Shown: positions 49,122 through 62,049 of the stretch, in pieces
How the letters are laid out: each line of letters starts with the position of its first letter
Position numbering within the stretch: position 1 is the first letter of the stretch
Origin: Phoronis australis
Taxonomy: Eukaryota > Animalia > Phoronida
DNA length: 64,000 nt
Assembly (NCBI GenBank): GCA_002633005.1
Contig: NMRA01000061.1
Location: forward strand, 596,373-660,372
Reading direction: 5' to 3'
Notes under the pieces: model-generated
Told to the model about the DNA's origin: nothing
The model's database searches: none
What the model saw: only the letters and a program-made list of their open reading frames with translations
Program-made: the position numbers and the translations under genes

Positions 49122-52100
49122 AGTTTAACCAAGTAAAAGTATAAAGTGTCTGAAATAAGGCAGTAGAATTTGGTGTTTGGCTTAATGACTTGACACCTTT
49201 TATTATTTGGGTGACATGAGCATATCAGTTTCATTGAAATTTAGCTACAAAGAAGGTTACATCCCTGGGAAAAAGTGGTTTCACAAGACCAAGTTTTGCT
49301 TGATGTAAATGCATGATGAGCTCTCAAAAATGTTGTTAACATTTTTTAGTTATCAATTCATTTTTGCTTCATGCAAATTGTTGGAAAATCATATCTAGGT
49401 GCAACAACATCCCAAAAAATTGTTAATTTTTGTAAAATTTCAAAAATAAACCACAAATACATACTTAACCATAGAAAGCTCTGAAATTATTGCTCCTTGT
49501 TTTAAGATTTTTCTCTCAATCGTTTTAAGTATACCTCTATTGCACTTTATTTCAATGTTCAATGGAACCTACTCTTCAACACCCTTGCTGATTTAAAACA
49601 TGATTTCAACAATCTTATTGTTTAAACCAAGTCACAAATTCTTGTGACCTACTCTCGCAGCTCAACAGAACTTGCAAAATAATTCCAGTATTGCCTTGAG
49701 TCAAAGGAACGTTTAGTTCTTTTAATATTCTCTTACGCTATTGTAAACAAATCTGAGGTGACACAACAAGACAATTTCAACCAAGCATGGGTCATTCCAT
49801 TGTTATAACCACCATTTGTTACTTACATTATGTTGAAATGCTTAATCTGCTAGGTTATGTCAATGCCTGGCTGTGCCTGTATGGATGAGTATAACACAAG
49901 GGGCAACTTTTACAATCAAGCTTTTGATCTATCTGTGAGGCCATATTTATACTTGGAAGTATGACTGGGATTTCCATGGTGTTTTGCTACCATAATCATT
50001 ATATCCACTTAGAGATTGGTTTTCAGGTCACGTGAGTTTTTAAACGTTAAACGCTAGTACTTTTAGGCTTAAAATTTTCACTAGTAATTTTTTGTTTGTA
50101 AATTTGCGCTCGTGTTTTTGGACACTCGCATTTTGCGCATGTTATGAAGGGTTAGGTACAAGGAAGCACATGAATACAAAAGGTTTAAAATATCAAAAAA
50201 CTGACTGATTTTTTTAACTCAGTCTAGGTCGTAATTATGCTCATAATAATGAGCGAACAATTTTTGTTGTAAAATAAACTAAGTCTCGGTCGTAATTACA
50301 AGTGAACAATTCTATTCGCAAAGTCAAATCGTGTATACGTACAACACAGATCATATATTTTGTCCGACTATGGGTTGCCAATGAGTCGATGGCGAGTCGT
50401 CAAAATACATGTAGCCAAACAATTGGCCAATTTTTAACTGAGGTCCATGCTGAGCTTACATCAGCTAATCCAGTTTTTCGGTGGTTTGCTGCTATTTTTT
50501 GGCTAGAATTCAGTTGCTTAAGAAGATGTCGTGTTGTCCTCACATTTGCACTGGGATCGTCTGCGCGCGGGATGAAATAAATTAACCTAGTTTAATATGC
50601 GACTGCTATACAAGTTCACATTGGTTGCATAACACACGAAAGTTAAGGTGAGAGGTAACCGTACACAAGATAATGGATATTGCAACCTGTTTTGTAGACA
50701 AGACGTGAAAGTTTTCTCCTCATTCGCGTTACGTTCAATACAACACCATGTTCAATTTGACAAACTTCTAACGAAGTGTCCATTCAAACATTTTGTTTGT
50801 GTTAGGTAGAATTGCTGCTGCATTCTAAAGTTTTGCTTCAGCACAGACACGCATAGCAATCATATACACATGCCCCCCAGGATTCGTATAACTATCATAA
50901 AGTATAACACTTAGACATCAAATTTGTTAACCGAATTTCACTAGACCTTAACTGCATCAACCTGAGGTCAACCAGATACAAGTGAAAAAGACATAAAAAG
51001 AACAACCCGTGAGGTAAACAGTGAAACCTAGCCGAAAGCAATATTGAAATCACCTTGCATGCAATTATTACACGTCAAGCCACAAAATACATAACACAAC
51101 CAATAACAAAGTAAACATAATTTTCAACATGAACGTTCAATGTGGCAGTACTTAAAATAGCGACTGATTCATTCCTAGCCAAATTTCTTCTGGTTTGCTG
51201 TAGTGGGGCGTAGGCGCAGGTAACCACCTTTTTGCCTGTCAATGTAGCGCCTACCCACTGTAAGTTACAGTAGAGTGGAGCGTAAGCGCACGTAGTTGAA
51301 GCCAACAACATTTTTACATTTTACCGCAGCAACCACCGTTTTTCACTTTGACGTAGCGTCTACGCACCGTGACGGAAAGTAGGGCATAGTCTTGATATGA
51401 TACTTTACAGCATCAATGCGCTACGCTGAAAGCATTTGTTGCCGACTATTTTGGCACGCGTGATCACCAGGCATCTGCTCGCCGAGTAATGGAATTTTTA
51501 TTAATTCAAGATGAAAAACAGCTATGGTGTCACACGTACCATAGGTAGATAAAGGGGGTGGCGAAGGCCCCCGTGGACACACCACATGGGCAACTAAAAG
51601 GCGCCGCCAGCTTTTGGGCATTACACTCCTATTCCTTTGTAATTATGAATGGGCCCCCTTCAGAGACCGCTTGGAATGCACGTGGACCTTTGCCTTTAGA
51701 TATGTCTGGTTTCACCCGGCCTCTTTCTCCTACATCCAAGACCCACCACTGCATACTGTATGTAAATAGCCACTCCGTGAGTCAAAAATAAGCCCACAAT
51801 TTTGTGACTCAGGTTGTGTGAGTTCAATGCACTTTAAAATTCAGCGGTATCGAGTTCATTACAAAACAATGAATTTCCAAAATAGGTTTTCTATCTTCAA
51901 ATAATGTTTGCATTTTCCCCTCCTCAGAAGCCTAGCTAGCCCCAATTACCAAATTGTACAAATTAATGCCTTCACACAGTTGCGCACACGCACACACCAT
52001 CACTTTTTGCACCATTTGCTTTGGTTATGCGACTGAAACTAAAAAAATCACCTGGTCACGTTTAATTCCAGTTAAATCCTGGAATTTAATCTACCCACTG

Positions 52101-52843
52101 TATCATTTACAGGAACAAACAACCAGGCCTTTTGTTTGATATTTGCCCAAACATAACTAAGACCTTAACCACTGTGGGAACAATTCATTCAAAGAATGCC
52201 TTTGGTTATCTCTTTGGAAATATTGTAGATAATTGGTATAACAGCTGCCATAGCTGACAATACCTGACCAATTTAACAATAGGACATATCATATTCCAGT
52301 CCCAACACTGCTCTGTTGACTAGAAGGACTCTGAACAAAAGTTAGAGGCAACAGTGTCATGGACAATGTTAACTTTTTTCCCTGCAATAGAGATCTTTTC
52401 ATATTGGAACTGTCTAAACTATAAATGAGACCAAGAAAGCAACTGTGATTTGGTGGACAAAAAATCACAACTACCGAATTTGCCCTAATAAGCCCCCAAA
52501 ATTTTGCCCAATAAGTGTTTTCAGACTTCGTTAACAGCGCCCAGCCCATGGACGTGTGCCTTACCCAGATTTCTTAAATTCTGCAGTAACATCTTCAATG
52601 TTATCAATAATATCTGACAGTCCTGAAAACAATCATAGTGCGCGCCAAATTTCTAGACCACAAGCCTCGCCGCTATGTCGGTATTTAGCCGTGATTATAC
52701 ACTTCCAACTTCTGCAGTGCTTCAAAAAGAATAAATTTAAATTTTTTGCAGATCTCACGAGGTATGAGTCCTACTATGGTCTGGCTTTTCAGAACAGACA
52801 GTGTACTTGTCAACGGAAGTGAATCTTGCCATCATTCGGCAAG

Positions 52844-53541
52844 CATGTCGTGAACACATCCACTAAAACAAGAAACTGTAGGAACACCGCATTTATCCAC
52901 CTTCACTCTTATCAGGCTTCTATTGTGAGTCAGCATGCGTGAATAATTGGCTGATAAGCCACCTCTGGAACTACTTTTGGCTGAATGGATGACCAGGCCA
53001 TAAAATGATAATATTAGCCAAGACCAGTTACTAATGCAACAAAGAATAATGTCGTAGTATCACCTAGCCTTGGTGGAAAGCTGTATACTGTATTGGCTCT
53101 AATAAACGCTTAGAAAAAANNNNNNNNNNNNNNNNNNNNNNNNNNNNNNNNNNNNNNNNNNNAATGAAAGTAATCGTGAGTGTTGCTGTGTTGCAAAATC
53201 TCTTATCCTGGGCCGATTTGAAAAATTCAAAGTTGTACTCATATTTGTTTTCGCTCCTCTTTTCAAATATTACAGTAAAAACTACGTAAAACTCTCACCA
53301 TAAAAAGTGCAGTCTGCTAGCTAGATTGTAATCAGCTGATCATATCCGCATGAGCGAAGCCAATTATCCTCGCTCGTGACTCGATGACTAGAGCAGCCTG
53401 GCGGCATCCCTTTGATCGTGAGCCGAGTGCAACTCAGCCAAGGTGGATAAATACGGTCTAGTTCAATTTTCCATACCCCGCCGTTTACCTTAACCACCGG
53501 GGTTAGAACCAATTTTATTTAGTGGGAATGTTCATAGCATG
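52844..53541 (-). mobile_element. Inverted copy of the CATG-ended element spanning an assembly gap
   Basis: 52844-53119 is the RC of 47579-47852 and 53163-53541 is the RC of 46369-46747; AG on both flanks. Confidence 0.8.
53120..53162. other. Assembly gap (run of N)
   Basis: 43 N bases. Confidence 0.99.
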
Positions 53542-54710
53542 AGTTTTCGCCCTTGGATTTCGCCACAATTTTCTGATAAGGATCGTAATTTAATGACGAA
53601 GATTGATAGCAATGTGCCACAATTTTGTGGAAAGTCGATCTGTAGTAGGCTACAGACACGCTGCAGAGCATAAATTTGATGAATCCTAGCTTCGGATCCC
53701 ACCTGTTTCGGACACTGTGTTTTAACAGCCTTAGGCTCCAATAAGCGCACCCGCTCTCCTGAAACGAAATTTTTCAAGTGCCCTAGGCGCTTGCTAGGGC
53801 TACTACGGTGTCTATAAATGAGACCAAGAAAGCAACTTGGATTAAGTGGACAGAAAGTCGTAACTATATATAGCTGTCCATTAATTTAAAAGCAGGCATT
53901 GTCAACCCCTCCCATTGCTAATTTACCTAATTACATGTCGAATTATTGTATCAGCCATCAATTGAAATTTCATCAAGTATGTTGCTCTGACATCAAGTTT
54001 TTTTGTCTGCACTCTACATACAGGTTGCACTATTTGTCCATAGTCAAAAGATTCACCCACAACTTCTAGTCCCCGAAGTGCTAGAAGCCTAAGGTCGTTC
54101 ATCATGATCAGATTCAAAATGGCGGACGTGTTGGCTATTTTGTTTTCGAAGTCAGATTCAAATGCTCATAGAGGCCGCATTTCTATGCGCCCACATACCT
54201 ATATATGGGTGCAAATTGCCTTCAACTCTGTCTGGGCGTCCAGCGTCCGCAGCTGTATCTCCTGAACCCCTCAAAGTATTTTCATCAAATTTGACAGATG
54301 GGTTCATATGAAGATGACGACAGAAGAGGACGAATTTCGGACGGATCTGACTACCCTAGTGGCAATTTATATTTTTACTTTTACCTCTGTATCTTTAAAG
54401 GTCGTCTACTGATTTTTGTGAAACTTGGCATATAGGCACCTGTTAGTAGAATGATGCTATATTCCTGTTTTCGGAAGGAGTCGAGGTATTTTGCGCCACC
54501 TAATGACCATTTTTACTGTTTTTTGGCATCCGCCTCTCTATCAACCAAACTGCTCTTAAAGATGATTGTAAAAATTGCCGTGCATGTAATTTCTTAGTAT
54601 GAAGAGAAAGCTTGTCGATGATTTTCGGATTAATCTGGCTACTGTGGCATCTCCTAGTGGCAGTTTTTCATGTGCAGACGCGCTCGTCAGTGACCTTCCG
54701 GCGGTGCCTT

Positions 54711-54926
54711 CTACATTAATATAGTGGGCCTCGCTCATAGGCTGCCTTCCGGAAGGGGCCCTATATTAATATCGGGGGCCACAATCTCTGGCCGCCATTC
54801 GGCGAGGCCCCCTATACTATTATAGGGGTCCTTACCGAAAGGCAGCCGGATAGCGGCCCCCCTATATTAATATAGACGGCCCCGCTCTCCGGCCGCTCTT
54901 CGGCGAGGCCCACTATATTAATATAG
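54711..54926. repeat. 50/51-bp-period array with palindromic ctatattaatatag cores
   Basis: Cores start at 54711, 54761, 54812, 54862 and 54913; the GC-rich spacers are homologous, and the third is inverted. Confidence 0.85.
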
Positions 54927-55710
54927 GCGGCCTCGCTTTTGAAACCTGAAATTCAATTTTTTGGCTATATTATTTTAATAAGAATAAGTCATTTTAAATA
55001 ATAAGCTGTTCTATACGTGGGTTATCTCTCAATACTCTCACCTGAGCATTATGCAAAATATATATTGCGTTTTGAATGATCTGAGTCATCGTTTATGACT
55101 CGGGAAACTAAAAAGACGATGTTGACTATATTTAGTATGTTTTGGTTAATGCAGTTTTGAATGGTGGTAATAACAGACAGGACAGAATGTCTGCAGCTGG
55201 GGAAAAGCGGACGTTGACACCTTGTGGGCATCAGCAATAAAACTGGGTTCATTAACGCCAGAACAAACGATAGGACCAGTCTCTAAAAAGCAAGACTTCG
55301 CGACATTACGTGAGATGTTGACGAGTATTTTGAATGAGAACATGTGATTTTGCTGTACTTTTGTAGTTGCGAGACAACAATTGAACTTTACCCTGAATTG
55401 TGCAAATTTGCGAAATTTGCAGAAATTCTGCCCGTAAGAAAAAAAAAACACTCACTTACATGAAGGATTTTTGAGGGTATTATAAAATTTGAGTACTTGC
55501 TTTTTATTGGTGCTTTTATTTCTCAAATGTATCAGCAATGTTGTATTTTTTAGGTCGCACATCAAGAGTGTGTTGCCATCAACAAATCACCAAAACCTGG
55601 TTTTGTATCATACGAAAGACCTCAAAGCGTTGTCGTTGCAGAGATAACAACTCTGGGCAAAACGACGACTCAGTGTTCTTCTAAAATCCGTCAGTACCCA
55701 TTTCTGACAC

Positions 55711-58382
55711 CAAGGACTGCAGTAGTATAGGAGAGTTCACTTGTGAGTTTACTGTTACCGCTACTACTAACGCCGCCAAGTGGTGAACAAGCAACGGTCA
55801 ACCAGGAAGCGCCAAAACATTGGGAAGGACGCATTTTGCAGTGTAATAAATTGCATGAATTCATACACGAAAACCCCAGACGTGTCATTTTGTAGGTTTC
55901 CTAAGGATCCAGAAAGGTAAGGATTATTTGTTTTTTAATAATATGGTATAATGTTTTTCATTTTGTGTGTTCTGTTTACGGTTGTTAGACAAGTCGATCA
56001 CAGTGTCTGCAGTGTAGGCTAGACCTACTGGGCAGCCGGCGGAAGGACTATGATTAACGTACGCTTTGATCGTCAGCTTTTTGGATACTTGCAGGCCATG
56101 TATTCCAAATCAAAATGTCACTCTAACGATCGCAGGGATAATTTTAGGAAAACATTCCCATGGCCATGGGTGAATATGAATCGTGGTGACACGGCCATGG
56201 CACAATCACAGCCACAGGCCACAGGGCCTTAAGTCTATCATTAGTCAAGTTAGAGAATCTGTGGGTCTCGGTGAAAAGTTGTGCTGCCCTTAATATACCC
56301 GTGGATCGACATTTGAGTCCTAGTTTTTTCAGTTGACACCAAGACGCTTTTGTCTCTATCACAATCACAGTACGACAGGACTTCTGTAGTGTAGTTTAGT
56401 GTAGGCTACCAGTCTCTGTGAACCAGGTGAGTATGAGGTTTGTTCCTGAGTCTCTCATTGATTTCTGTTGAGGTGCAAGCACTGGGAGCCGACCTTATGA
56501 ATGGAGATACACCTGTACAACTTACTTTTCCAAGAACTGCAACTTACATGTATGCTCTCATCACTTCGAGGAGTCCATGTTCATGAATGAAGAACAAGCT
56601 GGTATTGAATGCAGTGCCCGAACAATATTTGATGTCCCGAATCCACCAAAAATGAAGATTTCTAGTCAAAAAGTTCTCCGGAAATTATGTTACAGCTGTG
56701 GAATAGGCTTTTTGCATTTCTGATTATCGTCTCACAAAGCAAGTACTGGAACATCACGTGTAGAAAGGAAAATTAGTCCGGCAAAATCTGGTTTTCGTAT
56801 TTTACTAAGATTGATCATATTGAAACATTTTATGAATGGTTAGCCTGCCTGTGATTTGAAGAGAGCCAAAGTGAAACTGATGGGTCTTTTAGAGTCTGAA
56901 TGGTGGGCTGGCATTTTGTTAAACCCAGGCTATCCGTATCATTTTGCTTCTCGATGACAAACACCTCTGTGAGTAAATTACATGTAGTTATCAGCTTCAA
57001 CGCAATTCCTTGGCAAAAATAGCTGTTGTTTACTAGTAAATTAATAGAGAGTGAGAAGGTTGGTTAGATTTTCTAGTTGTATTGATACATGTGTTGCCTA
57101 TTTTGTACGTTTTTGGAGATTGTGATTAATATCAGCCCCAATTGTGGCTAAGTAACAAATGTGATCTTGTGGTCTAGCTTTAGCTTACATGTACCTAAAA
57201 TATTTACTGTTATTGATAATATGAACAGTGGGTATAGAAAATTAAAATTTTAGTTTTATCATCCAAGTCTTTTTAATTCAGTTTTGTATGAAGTTGTGGG
57301 GCTAGTGAATATTTTGATTGCTGTTCAGTACCTCTGAACTTTTTTGTCATGACATGTTGAACTTGGACTAGTTATGCGTGGTGATAANTGAAATATTTAC
57401 TGTTATTGATAATATGAACAGTGGGTATAGAAAATAAATATTTTAGTTTTATCATCCAACGGGACCACCACTGTGAATTGCGTGTTTGCGTTTCTTTAGT
57501 GGACTTTTGTCCCATTTTCTCGGAATTTTTGTCTCTCGGGGACGGACCTTTTTGACCACTTCGCCAAATGGGGGCCTCGTTTGAGCCCCCGAGCTCCCTG
57601 GGTGCGCGCGTGGAAAGTGCGATTGAGTTTACCCTATGCTGCCATGTCAAAGAAATAATGGAATGTTCTAAAATTATGTTACGATTTTGTGGTAGTGATG
57701 AATTGCTTTCTTTTTCTTACATGTGTAACACCCACTACACCAAACAATTGTTCGTATTGCTAGTATCCTGGTGCATTGAATAGAGAACACCGGCATGCGA
57801 AGTTCAGTGTTGGGTGGAGATGAAACCAGCAGTGAGCTGGGAGCAACATGTTTGTCAATGGTCAGAATTTGTGACAATGGGAGGGGTTCAACACCCATTT
57901 GGCGCCCACCTGGTTTTTGCCTGGTACCCCCTTAACTGTCACCTTGGGGGAATTACACTCTGAACCCCCAGGGAGCAATCATTCAAATTTTGTAGTCCGT
58001 GGAGGTATGAACTGTTATAAGGAAAGATAATTTGCCTTGTTAAGAACTCAAACATGAAACAAAACCGTGATAGATTTTGAATGGAGCATCAAGAGAATAA
58101 AAACAAATACACTTTAATATTGATTAAAATACACATTTTCTTTCTCATTCGATTATAAGTGGATGTTAGTTTACGTATTCAATCCATTTTCAATAACACA
58201 GTAATTTTATTGCACGTTGAACGTCATTAAATTATGAATTCATCAGTGTTTACATTGTTCGGACTGCGCTCCTAAGTAAGTGGTGATTATTCACCGCTTG
58301 GAGCGCTAGTGTTTCGACCGGTAACCATTGCGGCGAATGGTAAAAAAGCGGAGTGAACTCTCCTATACTACTACACTCCTTG
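55711..58382 (+). mobile_element. P-element-like non-autonomous transposon with an intron-split THAP relic
   Basis: TIR caaggactgcagtagtataggagagttcac / gtgaactctcctatactactacactccttg; THAP exons FCSVINC...FCRFPKDPE R| (55819-55916) and CKHW...VCSHHFEE...AVP..TIFDVPNPP (56473-56650); no clear TSD. Confidence 0.7.
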
Positions 58383-58504
58383 CTTTAACATATTTCAAAT
58401 GGCTTGATATGGACTTGCTGCAATCATTGATTCAATTGCTTGGTGCATGGTTTCAAAATTCCTTTGAAGCTCCATAAACCAGACTACTTCATCCACCTCA
58501 TCAG

Positions 58505-59035
58505 CCATTTTTTTCTTCAGTGATATCCGCCTTTTGTAACAAAAAAGTCTGTCGTCGATGACGCGCACACGCACGCTCACTCACTCTCATACGCAGACGA
58601 ACTTCAAAACAAACGTCATGTGACAACAACATGGGTGTTCATCCAGAGATTTTTCTTGTGTTGTGGGGAACGATGTAGCGCAGATTTGAAATTAATCGCA
58701 ATTAATCTGGACTCCACATGAACTTAAAAAAAATGTAAATCATCAGGAAGATTTCAGGTAATTTGTTGAGTCGAAGCTATATTTTTATTCAAAAGTTCAA
58801 GTTTTCCTATTGACGATCGCGACTCAGCGACACATCAGTCGGCAAGTTTTCGCCCTGTGATGAGCACAATTTTTTGACAACGGAAGTTGATAGCAATGCA
58901 CCACAATTTTGTAGAAAGACTGTCATAGGCTACAAATACGTCACAGAGCGTAAATTTGACGAATCCTAGCTTCCGATTTTATCCGTTTGGGAAACCGGGT
59001 TTCAACTGCCCTAGGCTACAATAAGCGTCACCTCC
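58505..59035 (+). repeat. Internal part of another CATG-ended element copy (its right end resumes at 62050-62238)
   Basis: Collinear with 47015-47570. Confidence 0.85.
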
Positions 59036-59039
59036 TCTC

Positions 59040-62000
59040 TACCAGTGGTGGTGCACTCTATACAGGTCCGTAGCGATCACAACACCTTAAACTGACCACA
59101 GGTAATGGTAATGCATCGAATTCTTAATCTGCATCTAAATCATTCATGTTTGGAGCATAGGTTTTGTTGCTTACTGCCTCTTGCAGTTTCCCAGTAGCAC
59201 ACTTACCAAAAATGTAATGTAGTATCTTTGCAACTGCCTACAGTATGTATTAATGTGGTATTTTTGTTGTCGTTGAAACATGTTTCCCACATTTTAATTG
59301 ACTGTGTTACGGGATTTCATATTATATGATATTCACATAAGACAATGATTGTTATATGTTCGCTCAGGCCCTAGTGGCTGACACTTATCTAATTATTATT
59401 TGTTCTGACTGTTGTGTTTCTCAGAACGTTGATTTTGTGGACAACTCAATACCAAATTGTCTGTCAGGATAAATTTACACAGCACTGATTTTGTGTGGCA
59501 TTTCTGTTCGGTCATGTTATTGACACCTCTCACTCACTATAATATTGATCTTAATTTCTAGGCACTTGTTCTGTTCTCTGTCAGTCAGGTGCAGAATCTA
59601 CAACTACATATGATTTTTGTTGTCGGTTTCAGAATGATTCCCCACATCATCAATTAGTTATTACTGTTTTAGCATGCCCGCGAAAAAAATCACGCTGAGC
59701 ACTGTGTGTCACCATAATTTAGTTTATAATGAGTTTCAAGTTGAAATAATCCCTGTGAAAACTGGTGTTTCAATCTGTGAGAAAGTTTACTTAAATTCAG
59801 AAGACACCACCGAACACATGAGCTGATCAGTCATTGTTGAGTGGCCTATAGTGGCAAGAACTCATAGCCTTTTATCAATTCTTAAACGTGTTACAGCTAA
59901 GTTAGCCATAGTGAGAGATCTTCAATACATCTTTTTTGTTTTCTTCAGCGAATTTGAGTGTTCAAACTCTTATTTTTCACCGTCTTTTGTTCGTTACTAT
60001 GTGGTCATATTTCCTCGAAACATATCTTTAGATCAATTATTATCTATGTGTTTTGTGTTCACTTGCAACAGAACTATCTGGTTTCCCAAGAATGAATTTA
60101 TACGTTGTGCTTTTCAACTAAGTTGCTATTTACGTACCTGTTAGCGAGCCTATGATATAATTTTGCTTTTTAAAAATGACTCCCCAAATTGTCCAGACTA
60201 CCTTATTCATTTAACAACCCTTGAATTTTCAACAAGCATTGGTGTATTAATTGTCAAATACGGCATACCTTTGAGTGTCTCGAGTAGTGTGAGTTTCTCT
60301 GGTCTTCCAATGTTTTCCCCGCATGGTCACAGTTCAATTCCTCTCACCGGAATCGAATGAGATATCACGCTATGCTGGTTCAACTTACTGATGTGTCTTA
60401 CTATTGTTTACATAACACCTGCATGGATTATGGAACCGTCATTGACATGTGCCTCCTTTTAGCTGGCGATTTTGAAGAAAATCCTGGGCCTGAAGACAAT
60501 ACTACCTTTAAAATCTCATTAAATCCGACAATTTATCCAGATTCCAACTTCTAAAAAACTTTGTTCTATATTACGATTATATGATTGTCGCTCTTTGTGA
60601 AACTTGTAATGTTATCAAAGACGACCTTAATAATGAACTATTCATTCCTGTGTACAGTTTAGCCTATCACAGTAACAGTGGCCGTGGTATCATCTTATTC
60701 ACTAAAAACACACTCTCGTTTAAATTATGTCCTAGCTTAACTTGTCCTCAGTTATGCAACTGCTGGATCGAAATTGATTTCGATCACAAAAAACTTTCCT
60801 ATGGGTTGTTTTATCGCTCACCTTCTCGATCTCTAACTGAAAGAAAACTCTACTTCAAAGCCCTAGCCGATCAGTTAGCGGAACTTAACCGCAATAGCGT
60901 TAGTATAATCATAAATGGTGATTTCAATGCCCGAAACTCTACACGGTACAATGATGATCATGACAATACGGCCGGACTACAATTGTATGGTATCTTACTG
61001 TCTAATGACTGCATACAACTAACTAATGAGCCAACCCGTATCACCGACGTTTCTCATTCATGTATTGATCTCTGTATAACAAACAATTTGAGTATCATTG
61101 ACTCATGTTCTGTACTACCTCCTGTTGGCAATTCTGATCACCACACAATCGAAACCACTCCAACACTTAAAAAACCGGTTAAAGAACAACACACCACTCG
61201 AACCAATTGCAAATATGATCAGGTCGACACCGATAAACTTCGTCAGGATATCACCAACACTGACTGGTATTCCATGTTGAACACTGGTGACATTGATGAC
61301 ACTGTTTCACTATTCACTAGTAATCTCTATGAAATTTTAAAAAACAACATCCCATCAACTGAAAAGATAATTAAACACAACAGCCAACCGTGGTTCAGCA
61401 ATAATGTTAAACGGGCAATCCGCAAAAGAAACAGACTTTACAGCTCTTTCAGAAGATCTAACAACACTATAATCTACAACAGATACAAGGAACAGTCACG
61501 TCTGGTTGAAACTTTAGTAAATAAAGCCAAAGCTGATCATCGACACAAGCTTTTTCAACAAATTAACAGCGCAAGCAAGAACTCCAAAGAATACTGGAAC
61601 ATCATCAATAAAATACGCGGCAGTCAACAATAATCCTTCTATCCTGTCATCAACTATAATGGCAACCTAGCCTCAAGTAGTAGTGACAAGTGTGATTCGT
61701 TTCTCAAAATTTTCACGAACAAAAGCCACATTACATTATTATTGAATGGTAGTCCTAACCTTGACTTTGTTCTCAACGAATTCCTCATAAGCAACATTAG
61801 TAAATTTTTATGTACCGTTTATCACTATTGTTGCATCTGACTTCCCTACATGAATCTGTACATATTTTTATTTTTATATATCTGCAATACGATATCTAAT
61901 ATTGGAATACTTATTTTAGATACTACTTAATTGTATATACCTCTATGTATATTAGTTTCATTTATGACTTGTTTACAACCCAGTTTCTGGGTTTGTTAAT

Positions 62001-62045
62001 ATTTCTTTGTATTTTCTGTGTATTATTCAACAAATTTATATAACT
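59040..62045 (+). mobile_element. CR1/L2-group LINE with the RT domain deleted
   Basis: 2A-like motif, then an APE endonuclease ORF, then an AT-rich 3' region; interrupts the CATG-ended element; boundaries approximate. Confidence 0.7.
60581..61633 (+). pseudogene. LINE ORF2 APE (exonuclease/endonuclease/phosphatase) domain and linker
   Basis: IVALCET, GRGI, FYRSP, IINGDFNA, NEPTR...CIDL, GNSDH, PWFSNNVKRAIRKRNRLY; stops before the RT domain. Confidence 0.9.
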
Positions 62046-62049
62046 TAAA

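Noticed and set aside
49560-50000. P-transposase C-terminal relic (GGYNN-like) on the minus strand
   Set aside because: Too degenerate to support by eye
51950-52620. Second Academ-like relic (terminal Cys cluster, GK..P-like motif) on the minus strand
   Set aside because: Only faint, frameshifted similarity; needs a profile search
54711-54926. CRISPR array
   Set aside because: The spacers are homologous to each other, the core is only 14 bp, there are no cas genes, and the context is an intron-containing animal genome
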